The notes beneath the pieces were generated by a model, which was not told the origin of the DNA, made no database searches, and worked only from the letters and a program-made list of their open reading frames with translations. Of a stretch of 64,000 nucleotides of DNA, positions 10,770 through 24,272 are shown piece after piece. Location: contig CAVTTN010000002.1 of the NCBI GenBank assembly GCA_963737655.1, positions 6,144,001 through 6,208,000 of the forward strand, in the 5' to 3' direction. Each line of letters starts with the position of its first letter. Position 1 is the stretch's first letter. The position numbers and the translations under genes are program-made. Source of the DNA: an uncultured Planctomycetota bacterium. GTDB taxonomy: Bacteria; Planctomycetota; Planctomycetia; Isosphaerales; Isosphaeraceae.

Positions 10770-13700
10770 ATGAACGAGCCTATGCATAACTCCAACGGAG
10801 ATCCGGCGGGGGGTCGTCGCCGCCGCCGAGGGGCGGGCCTTCGCCCGGGGGCCGCCGCCCTCGAGCGGCTGGAAGACCGGCGGCTGATGGCCACCCTGTT
10901 CGTGAACAACACGGGCGACAGCGGCGCGGGGACCCTCCGCCAGGCGATCCTCGACGCCAACAGCGTGGGCGGGACCTCGACGATCGACTTCACGATCACC
11001 GGCTCGCCGGGCGTCCAGGTCATCGCCCTGGCCGGGCCGTTGCCGTCGATCACGGCGACGGTCCTGATCGACGGCTATAGCCAGGCCGGCTCCAGCATGA
11101 ACTCGCTGGCCGTCGGGGACAACGCCGTCCTCCAGGTCGAGCTGACCGAGGCGTCCAACTCGTCGCCGTTCATCCCCCTGACGCTGGACTCGGGCTCGAC
11201 GGTCCGGGGGCTGGTCATCGGCGGGTTCCCCGGCCAGGCGGCCATCGACGCGTTCGGCAGCGGCAACCTCATCGTCGGCAACTTCCTCGGCACCGACGCC
11301 TCGGGATCGACGTCCCTGGCCAACGGCACGGGCGTCCTGGTCGGCGGGCCGGCCAACACGATCGGAGGGGCCGACCCGTCGCTCCGCAACGTGATCTCGG
11401 GCAACTCGGGCATCGGGATCGACCTCCAGGGCAGCATGGCCACGGCCAACGTGGTCCAGGGCAACTACATCGGCACGGACCACACCGGCGCCGCCGCCCT
11501 GGCCAACGGCCAGCAGGGCGTGTTCGTCGAGCAATCCGCCTCGTCCAACACGATCGGCGGCTCGGTCTCGGGCGAGGGGAACGTGATCTCGGGCAACGGG
11601 TCCCAGGGCGTCTTCCTGTCCGGCCTGGCGGTCAGCGGCAACCTCGTCCAGGGCAATTACATCGGGCTGGACGCCTCGGCCTCGATCGCCGTGCCGAACG
11701 TGACCAACGGCGTCGAGAACGGCCTGGCCGACCATACCTCGATCGTCGGCAACATCATCTCGGGCAACTCGATCGGCGGGGTCACCTTCGACGGCCGGGG
11801 GACGGACCTGTCCGGGCTGATCCAGGGCAACCTGATCGGCACCAACGGGACCGGGACGGCCGCCGTGCCCAACCGCAACGACGGCGTGGACGTCCTCAGC
11901 GGGACCGTCGGCCTGACGATCGGCGGGACCGCCGCCGCCGCCCGCAACGTGATCTCCGGCAACGGCGGATTCGGCGTCTTCGTCACCGGCTCGGCGACCT
12001 CGGGCAACCTGATCGTCGGCAACTACATCGGCCTGAACGCTCCCGGCACCGCGGCCCTGGGCAACACGATCTCCGGCGTGGACCTCCAGGGGGGGACGAC
12101 CGGCATCACGATCGGCGGCACCTCCTCCGCGTCTCGCAACGTGATCTCCGGCAACGGTTCGGACGGCGTCCTGATCGACGGGATCTCCGGCGCCACGGGG
12201 TCCAACGTCGTCCTGGGCAATTACCTCGGGACGAACGCCTCGGGCTCGGCCGCCGTGGGCAACGTGGGCAACGGCGTGGAGATCGAGCAGGCGACGTCCA
12301 ACACGATCGGCGGGATGGCCGTCGGCTCGGGCAACGTGATCTCGGGCAACGGCGTGGGCGTGGCGATCAGCGGGGCGTCCTCCACGGGCAACCTCGTCCT
12401 GGGCAACCTGGTCGGCACCGACCCCACGGGCAAGGCGAAGCTCGCGAACACCAACGACGGCATCGACGTCGGCCTGAACGTCGGCTCCCTGACCATCGGC
12501 GGGACGGCCGCCTCCGCCCGCAACGTGATCTCCGGCAACGCCCAGAACGGGATCACCCTGAACTCGGGCCCGGGGGTCGCGATCCTCGGCAATTACGTCG
12601 GCACCGACATCTCCGGGACGATCGGCCTGGGCAACGCGGCCCACGGCATCCGCGGCGCCTCCGCCACGAACCTGACGATCGGCGGGACGGCCTCCGGCGC
12701 CGGCAACGTGATCTCGGGCAACGGCGGCGACGGGATCATGCTGCAGGGCGGGGGGACGAATCTCGTCCAGGGGAACCTGATCGGCCTCGGGTCCGACGGC
12801 GCCTCGCGGGTCGGCAACGCCAATGACGGCATCGCGCTGGTCCTGAGCACGACGGCCGGCACCATCGGCGGGACCTCGGCGGCGGCCCGCAACATCATCT
12901 CGGCCAATGTTTACGGCGTGTCCGCCCTGGACGTCCAGGGGGCGGCGATCCAGGGCAACTACATCGGCACCGACCGGGCCGGAGCCGCCTTCCTCGGCAA
13001 CACCTCCGGCGGCCTCCTCTTCACCGACTCGGCGAACAACACCCTCGGCGGGACGGCCTCCGGCGCCGGCAACCTGATCTCGGCGAACCTCGGCCACGGG
13101 GCGGACTTCACCGGGACGGGCACGACCGGCAACCTGATCGCCGGCAACCAGATCGGCACCGATGCCAACGGCGGGAGCCTGGGCAACTCGGGCGACGGCA
13201 TCTTGTTCCAGGCCGGCGCGTCGAGCAACATCGTCGGCGGGACGACCTCGGGCGTCTCGAACGTGATCGCCTTCAACGCCCTCTCCGGCGTGGTCGTCCA
13301 GGACAGCAATTCCGTCGGCGACGCGATCCTGTCGAACTCGATCTTCTCCAACGTGTCGCTCGGGATCGACCTCGGCGGCGACGGCCCGACGGCGAACTCC
13401 CCGGGCGGGCCCCACGTCGGCCCCAACGACCTCCAGAACTTCCCGCTCGTGAACATCGCGAGCGTGAACCAGACCGGCACGACGATCATCGGGACGCTCG
13501 ACAGCACGCCCAACACGACGTTCCTGATCCAGTTCTTCTCCGACACCGGCGGCCCGTCGGGCTTCTCCCAGGGGGGCACGTTCTACGGCCAGACGACCGT
13601 GACCACCAACCCCTCGGGCCGCGTCACGTTCTCCGCCAGCGTCCCGCCGATCGCCCAGGGGGCGGCGCTGACGGCCACGGCCACGAGCCCGACCGGCGAC

Positions 13701-16700
13701 ACCTCCGAGTTCTCCCAGAGCACGGTGGTGGTGAACACGAACAACAGCGGGTTCGGCTCGCTCCGCCAGGCGATCACCGACGCGAACCTCTACCCCGACA
13801 TCCCTCCGACGATCTCGTTCCAGATCCTCACCCCCGGCGTCCAGACGATCGCCCCGATCACCCCCCTGCCCGCCCTGACCGTCCCCCTCCTGCTCGACGG
13901 CTATTCGCAGCCCGGCTCCAGCATGAACTCGCTGGCCGTGGGCGAGAACGCCGCGATCCTGGTCGAGATCTCGGGCCGGTCGATCGCCACGTCCCCCGCA
14001 TACGGCCTGGACATCGAGGGCCCCGGCGTGTCGATCCGGGGCGTGGCGATCGACGGGTTCAACGGCAGCGGCATCCTCGCGCAGAACGTTGGCGGGTTCC
14101 AGGTCTCGGGCAGCTACCTCGGCGTGGGGCCATCGGGGACCGCCTCGGTCCCGGGCAACTCGCTCGACGGGATCACCCTGATCGGCACCAACGGGGGGAC
14201 CGTCGGCGGACTGACCCCGGCCGACCGCAACGTGATCTCGGGCAACACCCGAGAGGGCGTCCTGGTCCTCAGCGGGCTGTCCCCCGCCACGGGTGCCCTG
14301 ATCGCTAACAACTACATCGGGACGGACTCCTCGGGCACCGTCCCGGTGGCCAATTCGGCCGGCGGCGTGGCGATCTCGCTCGGCAACGCGATCACGATCG
14401 GAGGGGCGACGATCCCGGCCCGCAACGTGATCTCGGGGAACGTCGGGATCGGCCTCCAGGTCGCCGCCGGGAGCGTCGGGACGGTCATCCAGGGGAACTT
14501 CATCGGCACGGACGCCTTCGGGTCGGCCGCCGTGGCCAACTCCGTCGGCGCCGAGGTCGACGCCGCCGGGACGACGATCGGCGGGGCCTCCCCCGAGGGC
14601 TTCGGCACGTCCCCGGGCAACGTGATCGCCGGCAATTCGTCGCTGGACCTCTCCGTCCCCGGCACCACCGTCTCGGGCCTGGTGATCCAGGGGAACATCT
14701 TCTCCGCCGACGTGAGCGGGACGACCGTGCTGTCTCCCGGGACCAACTCCGACAGCGTGTTCCTCGGCAATTCGATCTCGGCGATCACCACGATCGGCGG
14801 GACGGCCGCCGGCGCCGGCAACCTGGTCGGCCACGGCCTGACCCTGAACGGCTCCGGCTTCCTCCTCCAGGGCAATTTCATCGGCACCAACGCGGCGGGC
14901 ACCGGCACGCTCGTCGGCGGCCAGAACGTCCAGGACATCCACGAGCTGGCCACCCACGTGACCATCGGCGGGACCGCCCCAGGCTCCGGCAACCTGATCT
15001 CGGGGTCCGCCACGTCCGGCATCTACATCGGCACCGGCGTCGGGAACGGAACGAACTCCGACGTCTTGATCCAGGGAAACAAGATCGGCACCGACGTCTC
15101 GGGGACGGCCGCGATCCCCAACTTCGACGGGATCTATGCGCAGACGAACCTCGGCGTGACGATCGGCGGGACCTCGGCCGCGGCGCGGAATATCATCTCG
15201 GGGAACGCCGATGGCGGCGTGGCCCTCGGGGACATCGATGACGTCGTCCTGGGCAACTACATCGGCACGGACACGACCGGCTCCACGGCCCTGCCCAACG
15301 GGGCGGGCCTGTTCATGTTCGGGTCCGAGAGCGGCCTGATCCTGGGCGGGACGACCGCCGGGGCCGGCAACGTGATCTCGGGCAACTCGTCGTACAACGC
15401 CCTTTTGACCCGGGGCGGCAACCTCGTCCAGGGAAACATCTTCGGCCTCGACGCGACCGGGATGAACGTCGTGGCCAACGGCGGCCCCGGCCTCCGCCTC
15501 TTCGACTCCGGCGGAGGCCAGCCGGGCGGTGACACCGTCGGCGGGACGACCGCCTCCGCCCGGAACCTCGTCTCCGGCAACACCGGTAGCGGGATCGAGG
15601 TCAACGGCTCGAACGCCGTGATCCTCGGCAATTACGTCGGCCTGAACCTCGCCGGGCAGGCGGCCGGGAACACCGGGGCCGGCATCGCGATCCTCGGCGG
15701 GACCAGCAACACGATCGGCGGGACCGCCTCGGGCTCCGCCAACGTGATCTCGGCCAACGACGGCGACGGCGTGGCCCTGTCCGCCGCCGCCGACAACAAC
15801 GTGATCTCCGGCGACCTGATCGGCACCGACCCCTCGGGCACCTCGGCCCTGGGCAACTCGGGATCGGGCGTGACCATCGCCGACTCGTCGTTCAACATCG
15901 TCGGCGGTCTGACGGCCGCCGAGCGGAACATCATCTCGGGCAACGGCGACGGCGGCTCGACCCACGGCAATGGCGTCCAGATCACCGGCTCGAACGCCGT
16001 GGGCAACGCCGTCCTGGGCGACTACATCGGCACCGACTCGACCGGCGGGGTCGCCCTGGGCAACTCGCTCGCCGGGGTCGTGCTCGCCTCGGGGGCCACG
16101 AACTCCACCATCGGCTTCAACGTGATCTCGGGCAACGCCGCCGACGGCGTGGTCGTCCAGGACAGCACGTCCACCACGAACTTCATCCTCGGCAACGAGA
16201 TCGGCACGAATTCGACCGGGACGGCCTCGCTGGGCAACGGCGGTTCGGGCATCCTCCTGGACGGGGCGGCCCAGGTCACCGTCGGCGGGACCGTCTCCGG
16301 CTCCGCCAACGTGATCTCGGGCAACTCCGCCAACGGCATCACCCTGGCGATGGTCAACGCGACGTCGGCCCCCGGCGCGGACCTGATCGCGGGCAACCTC
16401 ATCGGCACGGACGCCTCCGGGACTCAGCCCCTGGGCAACTTCGGCAACGGCATCCTCCTGGCCGACGGCGCCTTCAACGTGACCATCGGCGGGACCTCGG
16501 CCGGGGCCCGCAACATCATCTCGGGCAACCTCACCAACGGCATCGGCCTCCAGGGCGTCGGCACGTCCAATAACCTGATCGTCGGCAACTACGTCGGCAC
16601 CGACCTGACCGGCTCCTCGGCCCTGGGCAACGGCGATCCCACCAACCAATCCGGCACCGGGATCATCGACGGCGCCGGGCCGGGCAATACGATCGGCGGC

Positions 16701-19700
16701 ACCATCGCCGGCGCCGGCAACGTGATCTCGGGCAACGTCCTGGACGGCATCGACCTCCTCGGCGCCTCGGGCGAGCTGATCGTGGGCAACCGGATCGGGA
16801 CCGACGCCACCGGGACGTTCGCTTTGAGCACCAGCGGCGCGTCCGGGATCATCCTGACCGACCTCGGCTCGCCCGGCACCGGCTCGAACAACAACACCAT
16901 CGGCGGCGCCTCGCCCGGCTTCGGCAACCTGATCTCGGGCAACGGGCCGAGCGATTTCGGGATCGACATCGACGGCACCGAATCGACGGGCAACCTGATC
17001 CTGGGCAACACGATCGGCGCCAACGCCGCCGTGACCGCCGCCCTGGGCAACGGCAACGGGGTGGGATTGACCAACGGCGCGGCGGGCAACACCGTCGGCG
17101 GGACGGCCTCCGGGTCGGCCAACATCCTTTCGGGCAACATCAACTCCAACGTCCTCCTGGATGCCTCCGGGCCGAACCTGGTGGTCGGCAACCTGATCGG
17201 CTCGAACGCGACGGGGACCGCGCCCTGGATTCGACCGTCACGACCACCGCCGGCATCTTCCTCGACAATGGCTCGCAGGGCGTGACGATCGGCGGGACCG
17301 CCCCCGGCTCGGGCAACCTGATCCTGGGCAACGCCGGCCACGGCATCCTGATCCAGGGCCACAGCTCCGGCAACGGCACGCCGACCAGCGGCATCCTCGT
17401 CGAGGGGAACGTGATCGGGTCGAACCAGATCGGCTCGAAGACCCCGGGCGGCTTTTCTGGCAACGGCAACTCGGGCGTGGCGATCGCCGCCGGGGCCTCT
17501 AACAACACGATCGGCGGCTCGATCTCGGCGGCGGCCAACACGATCAACGGCAACTCCGCCGACGGCGTGAGCCTCCAGGACCCCGGCACCACGGGCAACC
17601 TGATCGCCGGAAACCTGATCGGCGTCGATCGCTCCGGGACGATGGGGATCGGCAACGTCGGCAACGGCGTGAGCGTCTTGAACGGCGCCAGCAACAACAC
17701 GATCGGCGGCCCCTCGGCCGCGTTCGGCAACACGATCGCCTTCAACTCTCTGGCGGGCGTGGCGGTCACGGGCAGCACCACCACCGGGATCTCGATCCAG
17801 TCCAATTCGATCTACTCGAACAATCGGCTGGGGATCGACCTCGGCGGGACGGGCTCGCCGTCGCCGAACCCGTCCAACGGGGCCCCGGGCTTCCCGACGA
17901 TCTCGGCGGTGGCCACGGTCAGCGGCTCGACCACGATCAGCGGGAGCCTCCGGGGCACGTCGGGCCAGACCTACACCGTCCAGTTCTTCGCGAACAAGGC
18001 GGCGGACCCCTCCGGATTCGGCCAGGGGCAGCAATTCCTCGGTCAGGCGTTCGTGACGGTCCCGAGCTCGGGGATCGGGACGTTCGTGGGGGCCCTGAGC
18101 ACGCCGATGCTCGTCGGCTCGTTCTTCACCGCGACGGCCGACCTCTCCGGGAGCACCTCGGAGTTCGCCGCGGCGGCCTCCCCGCCGATGATCCTCACGC
18201 CGTTCATCGTCACCCGGACCGACGACGGCGCGTTCGTCCCCGGCGGCCTCACGCTCCGCCAGGCGATCCAGATGGTCAACGCCAACACCCTGCCCGGGAC
18301 GCCCACGATCGGCTTCGCCATCGCCGGGGGCAACCAGGTGATCCGGCCCACGTCCCCCCTGCCTGTGATCCTCAACGCCGTGGACATCGACGGGTCCGCG
18401 CCCTCGCAGTTCCCCACCCAGACGATCACGCTCGACGGCTCGCAGGACGTCGGCGACAACGGCCTGACGTTCGTCGCCGGCGGCAACACGCTCTCGGGCC
18501 TGGCGATCGTGAACTACCATCGCGACCCGACCGTGGCGGCCACCAATAGCGGGGTCGTCCAGGGCGTGGGCGTCTTCTTGCAGGGCGGCAACACCCTGAT
18601 CCAGGGAGACTACATCGGCACCGACCGGCTCGGCACCTCCAACGAGGGGAACGAGCTGGCGGGCCTCCTCGTGTTCTCGTCGGGGAACACGATCGGAGGG
18701 ACGACGCGGGCGGCCCATAACGTGATCTCGGGCAACGGCTTCCTCCGCATCCCCAATCCCAGCCTTCCCGGCAGCGGGTTCGGCCTGGACCTCCCCTCCT
18801 CGGGCTCGACGAACAATCTCGTCATCGGCAACTTCATCGGGACGACGCCCGACGGCGAGTCCATCCTGACCAACGCGGCCGGCGGCGTGGCCGTGGAGAA
18901 CGCGACGGGCAACACGATCGGGGCGGCCCTCGGCACCGATGCGCAGGGCTTCTCGCTCGGGGCCAACCTGATCTCCGCCAACGGCGGGCCCGGCATCCTC
19001 CTGTCGAATTCCGCCACGCTCGTCCAGGGGAACCTGATCGGCACCGACGCCGCCGGCACCATGCCGCTCGGCAATCAGCTCCAGGGGATCTCGATCGCCC
19101 CGGACGACCTCGGATCGACCATCGGAGGGGCCGGCGCCGGCCAGGGGAACCGGATCGCCTTCAACGGCGACGGCGGGACCGTCTCGGGCACCGGCGCCGG
19201 GATCGGCGAGTACTTCTCCTCGCCTTCGGGCACGATCTCCTCGGCCGGCGCCTCGGCGATCATCCGGGGCAACCTGATCTACGGCAACGCCAACCTCGGG
19301 ATCGACCTGGCCAACGTCGGAGTGACCGCCAACCGGCCTCCCACGACGGTCACCGACCCCAACCGCTTCCCGAATTACCCCGTGCTGACCTCCGCCACGG
19401 TCTCCGGCGGCAACCTGATCGTCACCGGCACCTTCGACGGCACCGAGAGCACGCCCACCACGCTCGACTTCTTCACCAACGACGCGGCCGACCCCTCCGG
19501 CTTCGGCGAGGGGCAGTTCTATCGGGGGTCGATCACCTTCACGACCGACGCGAACGGCCATGCCGCCTTCACCGCGACGCTCTCCGGGACGATCGGCGCG
19601 AGCCAGGTCATCACGGCCACGGCGACGAGCTTCGCGACGTCCGAATTCAGCCAGGCGATCCCGCTCTCGACCGTCCCCCCGCCTCCGCCCCCGCCCCCGC

Positions 19701-22094
19701 CGATGTTCTCGCTCTCGCTGGCCGGCTCGCCCGAGCCGGTCGGGGTGGCCGACCTCGTCACCTACACGCTGACGGTCACCAACGTCGGCGAGGTCGCCGA
19801 GGACGTGGTCCTCGAAGAGGCGTTGCCGGTCGGGCTCGACCCGATCTCGCAAAACGGGATCGTCAATCCGCCGCCGGCCGGCTCGTCCGCCTTCTATCAG
19901 GTCGATGTCGGCGTGGTCCAGCCCGGCCAGAGCCAGACGCTGGTCGTCCAGGCGAGGCCGACCGTCGCCGGCACCTTGACCGTCTTCGCCGACGCCCGGA
20001 TCGGCACGACCGGCACGCCCACGATCGTCTCCACGTCGTTCGCGACGCACTCCATCTTCACCTTCAACGTCCTGAACAACAACGACAGCGGCTTCGGATC
20101 GCTCCGCCAGGCGATCCTCAACGCGGACGCCTCCGGGACGGCGCAGGCCATCCATTTCCAGCTCCCCTCGAACCAGCTCACCATCCAGCCGGTCACCGCC
20201 CTGCCGGAAATCACCGTGCCGATCGTGATCGACGCGACTTCCCAGGCCGGCTTCGCCGGGTCGCCCATCGTCACGCTCGACGGCTCTCAGCACGGCGCCG
20301 CCTCCCCGTTCCACGGCCTGGTGATCGACGCCGGCGCCTCGACGATCCGCGGCCTGACCATCGAGAACTTCCCCGACGACGGCATCCTCCTGAAGGGCGC
20401 GGGGGATTCCACGATCGTCGGCGACGCGATCCTCTCCAACGGCGACACCGGCGTGTTCCTCCAGGGGTCCGTCGGCAACACGATCGGCGGGACGGCCTCG
20501 GCGGATCGCAACGTGATCTCCGGGAACGCGTTCGTGGGGGTTCAGATCTCCTCCGGGTCGTCGTACAACCTGGTCCAGGGGAACTTCATCGGCCTGGATT
20601 CGACCGGCATGAAGCCCAAGGGGAACGGGCTGGACGGCGTGCTCATCAGCGCCTCGTCGAACAACACGATCGGCGGGGGGTCCCGGCGCCGGCAACGTGA
20701 TCTCGGCCAACGGCGAGGTGAACGTCCAGATCTTCCAGGGTTCGGCCTCGGGGAACGTGGTCCAGGGGAACATCATCGGGCTGGACGCGACCGGCGAGGA
20801 CGGCTTCTTCAGCGTCGCGGCGGCCTCTCGGGGCGAGAGCGACGTGGGCGTGTTCGTCAACGGGGCGCCCGGCAACTTCATCGGCGGCCCCGCGACCGGC
20901 CAGGGGAACCTCGTCTCGGGCAACGCGGCCGGGATCGAGATCTACGACTCGGGGGCGACCGGCAACCTCGTCGTCGGCAACCACGTCGGGCTGGACCAGG
21001 CCGGGACCAAGGCGATCGCCAACTCGATCGGCGTCCTCCTCTTCGGCGCCCCGGGCAACACGGTCGGCGGGACCGACCCCGGCTCGGCCAACGTGATCTC
21101 GGGCAACTCGCAGGTCGGCGTGAGGCTCGACGGCTCCGGCGCGACGAGGAACGTGGTCCTCGGCAACCTGATCGGCCTGGACCCCTCGGGCACGACGGTC
21201 GTCCGCAACCTGCTCTCGGGGATCTTCCTCAACGCGGCGCCGGGCAACACGATCGGTCCGGGCAACCGGGTCGTCGGCAGCGGGGTCTCGGGCCTCCAGA
21301 TCTCGACGCCCGGGTCCTCGGGGAACCTCGTGATCGGCAACGTCCTGGGCGTCACGGCCGACGGGACGACCCGGGGCAACGGGACGGTGGGGATCTTCCT
21401 CGACAACGTCCCGGGGACCACGATCGGGGGCCTCGGCGCCGGGCTCGGCAACCTGATCGCCGGGAACGCGGAGGTCGGCATCGAGGTCCTGGGCTCGTCG
21501 GCCACGGGCAATCTGCTCCAGGGCAACACGGTCCGGGGCAACGGCGTGGCGGGGATCGCCGTCGATACCTTCGGCGCCAACACGATCCCCCTGACCGGCA
21601 CCGGGGCGAACCTGGTGACGGGCAGCCCGGAGACGGTCCGCTACGTCCAGCCGGTGGGGCCGCAGGTCTCGGGGATGAGCGTCGGCGGAAGCTCGTCGAT
21701 CGCGACGCTCTCCCTGACGTTCAACGTACCCATGAACGCCAAGCGCGCCGGCAACCGCCGGGGCTATCGCGTGGACATCCTCAACGCCAAGGGGAAGAAG
21801 ATCGGGTCGGTGGCGATCGCCTCGGTCTCCTACGACGAGACGACCCGGACCGCGACGATCAGACTGGCGAAGGCGGTCTCGGCCTCCGGCTCGTACCGGA
21901 TCACCGCGTTCGGCACCGGCCCCCACGCGCTCCTGGACGACTCCGGCCGACGGCTCGACGGCCAGGCCAACGGCAGCTCGGGCAGCGATTACGTCGCCGG
22001 ATTCGGATCGCCGACGGCCCGCGCCGCGATCGCCCACCGCGCCATCCCCCGGGCCCGCCACTGGGCGAAACGGCTCGCGGTCAAGCGGAGGTGA
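10770..22094 (+). CDS. Giant (~3,770 aa) secreted right-handed beta-helix repeat protein (LEPRxLL-like N-terminus, CSLREA-like modules, DUF11-like domain), split by 2 apparent frameshifts
   Basis: LERLEDRRLMA; dozens of NTIGG...NVISGN...GNYIGTD repeats; TLRQAI/SLRQAI modules; VTYTLTVTNVG. The three ORFs join at ~17222 and ~20680. Confidence 0.85.
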
Positions 22095-22154
22095 GGTCGG
22101 GGGGCGTCCCTCGCGCCTGCGAGATCCGCGGCGGAAGCCCCCCGTCCGATCGTT

Positions 22155-23198
22155 TCAATAGGCGTCTCCGCCGACGATCTCCCCCCCGGCGACGGTCCCC
22201 AGCGCCCTCCAGACGGTCCCCTGGATCGACGACTTGACGAACCTCACCGAACCGTCTCCGAGGAGGGCGTTGACGCCTCCCGGGTGGTAACTCCGGGCGG
22301 TGATCGCGGCGAAGGTGGGGCCGCCGTCCTCCTCGTTCTTGCCGTTGAGGTCCAGGTCCATCCCCTTGTAGGAGGACCGGCCGAGGATCCGCTTGTTCGG
22401 CGGCCAGGCCGTGGTGAAGCCGGCGGCGTGGGCGTGGCCGTCGGCCCATTCGGTGTGGAACTCGTGCTGGTTCTGGGTCACGCACGCGCCGTCGTCGTAC
22501 TCCGGGGCCACGGTGAACGGGTCGGCGTCGGGGTCGGGGATCAGGTTCGGATTGTTCACCGAGGGCAAGGGGGTGTGCCGGCAGTTGGAGGCGGCCTGGT
22601 AGGTCGTCACCTCCGCCGCCACGACCGTCTGGCTCAACCCATCGACGAATTCCGAGAGCCTGCGGCTCCGGTTGGGACCGAACGCCTGGCGGTTCTCCGG
22701 CCCGTTGAACCCTCCCCAGACGAACCAGTCTCCCTGACAGAAGCCGTAATTGACCACGCCCAACGCGCCATAATCGTGCTGGGAGATCTTCGTGTTCACC
22801 TCGCTCGGGCAGAGGAACACGTTGACGTTCAGCGCGATGACCGTGGCGTTCGGCGGGTCTTCCTTGAAGACCTGCAAGTTCGCGGCGTTGAACAGGACGT
22901 TGCCCTCGACGAACGGCAGGATGCGGGCCTGGGCGCTCCATCCGGTGTTGAAGACGACCGAATTGCCGGTCCCGGAAAGGGCCATCGCCATCGGCAACGC
23001 GCCGGCGACCGCCTCGTAATTGGCCAGCGCCAGGCCGATCTGCTTGAGGTTGTTCGTGCACTGGGCCCGCCGGGCCGCCTCCCTCGCCGCCTGGACGGCC
23101 GGCAGGAGCAGCGCCACCAGGACGCCGATGATCGCGATCACGACCAGGAGCTCGATCAGCGTGAAGCCGCGACGGGCCGTCGGGTGGGAGGTCGCCAT
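22155..23198 (-). CDS. DUF1559 domain protein with prepilin-type N-terminal cleavage/methylation motif
   Basis: [50 protein letters not shown] and [18 protein letters not shown]. Confidence 0.95.
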   Translation of the reverse strand: MATSHPTARRGFTLIELLVVIAIIGVLVALLLPAVQAAREAARRAQCTNNLKQIGLALANYEAVAGALPMAMALSGTGNSVVFNTGWSAQARILPFVEGNVLFNAANLQVFKEDPPNATVIALNVNVFLCPSEVNTKISQHDYGALGVVNYGFCQGDWFVWGGFNGPENRQAFGPNRSRRLSEFVDGLSQTVVAAEVTTYQAASNCRHTPLPSVNNPNLIPDPDADPFTVAPEYDDGACVTQNQHEFHTEWADGHAHAAGFTTAWPPNKRILGRSSYKGMDLDLNGKNEEDGGPTFAAITARSYHPGGVNALLGDGSVRFVKSSIQGTVWRALGTVAGGEIVGGDAY

Positions 23199-23343
23199 GA
23201 GGAAGGCTCACGCGAGGGGTCGACGGCCGAGGGGACGCCGGGCGGGCCGTCGCTCGGCCCCGAGGGCCCGCCATCTCCGAAAGAATACGAAGACGGCGCG
23301 GCGGCGGTCAAGCCGAATTCTTTAGGATTTCCGGCCGCTGGCG

Positions 23344-23595
23344 TCAGCGCTCGATGCGGATGAGCACCCGTCCGTCGTGGACGGCGATATCGACGTCGCG
23401 GAGGCCGTGGGCCGGCAGGGTGACCTCGAAGTAGAGATAATCCTCGTCTTCCCACCGGGCGAGGCGGGAGTCGTCGGGATTGGCCTCGGTGTCTCCCCGG
23501 CCGGCGGCATCCAGGGACGAGAGGAGCCGCGCTAGGAGCGATCGCGCCGAGCAGGGACCGTCCTCGAGACCAGCGGGATCGTGGGCAGGTTGCAT
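23344..23595 (-). CDS. Small protein with a partial Hsp20/alpha-crystallin-like motif
   Basis: WEDEDYLYFEVTLPAHGLRDVDIAVHDGRVLIRIER; ATG at 23595 with GAAGG upstream. Confidence 0.55.
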   Translation of the reverse strand: MQPAHDPAGLEDGPCSARSLLARLLSSLDAAGRGDTEANPDDSRLARWEDEDYLYFEVTLPAHGLRDVDIAVHDGRVLIRIER

Positions 23596-23600
23596 CGATT

Positions 23601-24155
23601 TTACCTTCTTCGAGGAGTCACCGGTCGAGGGCGCCGGTCGTCGCCACGTCGCGACGGGGGGCCGGGCGCGGCCGTGATGAGAGGACTGGGAGGCTGGGAC
23701 GGATCGGCGGACTGCGGCATGTCGGCGCGGGGGACGATGTCCCGGAGGACTTCGATCCAACGATCGCCGAGCTCGGCTTTAGTCACGAAACCCGAAGCCC
23801 CCGCGCCGAGGGCGGCGGTCCGGTATTCTTCAGCGTCCTGGATCGAGACGATCACCACAAGGGGAGAGTCGTCCCGGGCGGCGAGGCGGCGGGTGGCCTC
23901 CAGGCCCCCCATCTCGGGCATGTGGAGGTCCATCAGGACGAGGTCCGGGCGGAGGGCCTCGACCATCCCCAGGGCCTCCCGCCCCGAGGACGCCGAGCCG
24001 ACGAATTCCGTCCCGCCCGAGGCCTCCAGGAGCCGCCGGGCCGCGGCGAGGAACGTCGGGCTATCGTCGGCCAGGAGGACCCGGAGCCGGACCGGCGGCC
24101 GGGTCGCCAGGGCCGAGAGATCGCCGTCCGATTCGGGGGTGGTCTGGAAGTTCAC
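23601..24155 (-). CDS. Response regulator receiver (NarL-like REC, no clear output domain)
   Basis: RVLLADD, PDLVLMDLHMPEMGGLEATR, GASGFVTK. Confidence 0.85.
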   Translation of the reverse strand: MNFQTTPESDGDLSALATRPPVRLRVLLADDSPTFLAAARRLLEASGGTEFVGSASSGREALGMVEALRPDLVLMDLHMPEMGGLEATRRLAARDDSPLVVIVSIQDAEEYRTAALGAGASGFVTKAELGDRWIEVLRDIVPRADMPQSADPSQPPSPLITAAPGPPSRRGDDRRPRPVTPRRR

Positions 24156-24272
24156 GGGCGGCGTCCTGCGGCGCGAGTCGGGCGGATGGACCAGTCTCGC
24201 CCGCTCCGGCCCGCCATGGTATCGGGAGATCCCCGGGCCCGGACCGGGGCCTTCCCGATCCTCGGCCGGGGC

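Noticed and set aside
10656..20923. Very long minus-strand ORFs (1997 aa and 1444 aa) and many similar antisense or alternative-frame ORFs across the window
   Set aside because: Shadow ORFs caused by high GC3 codon bias opposite genuine genes; Arg/Gly/Pro-rich with no domain motifs
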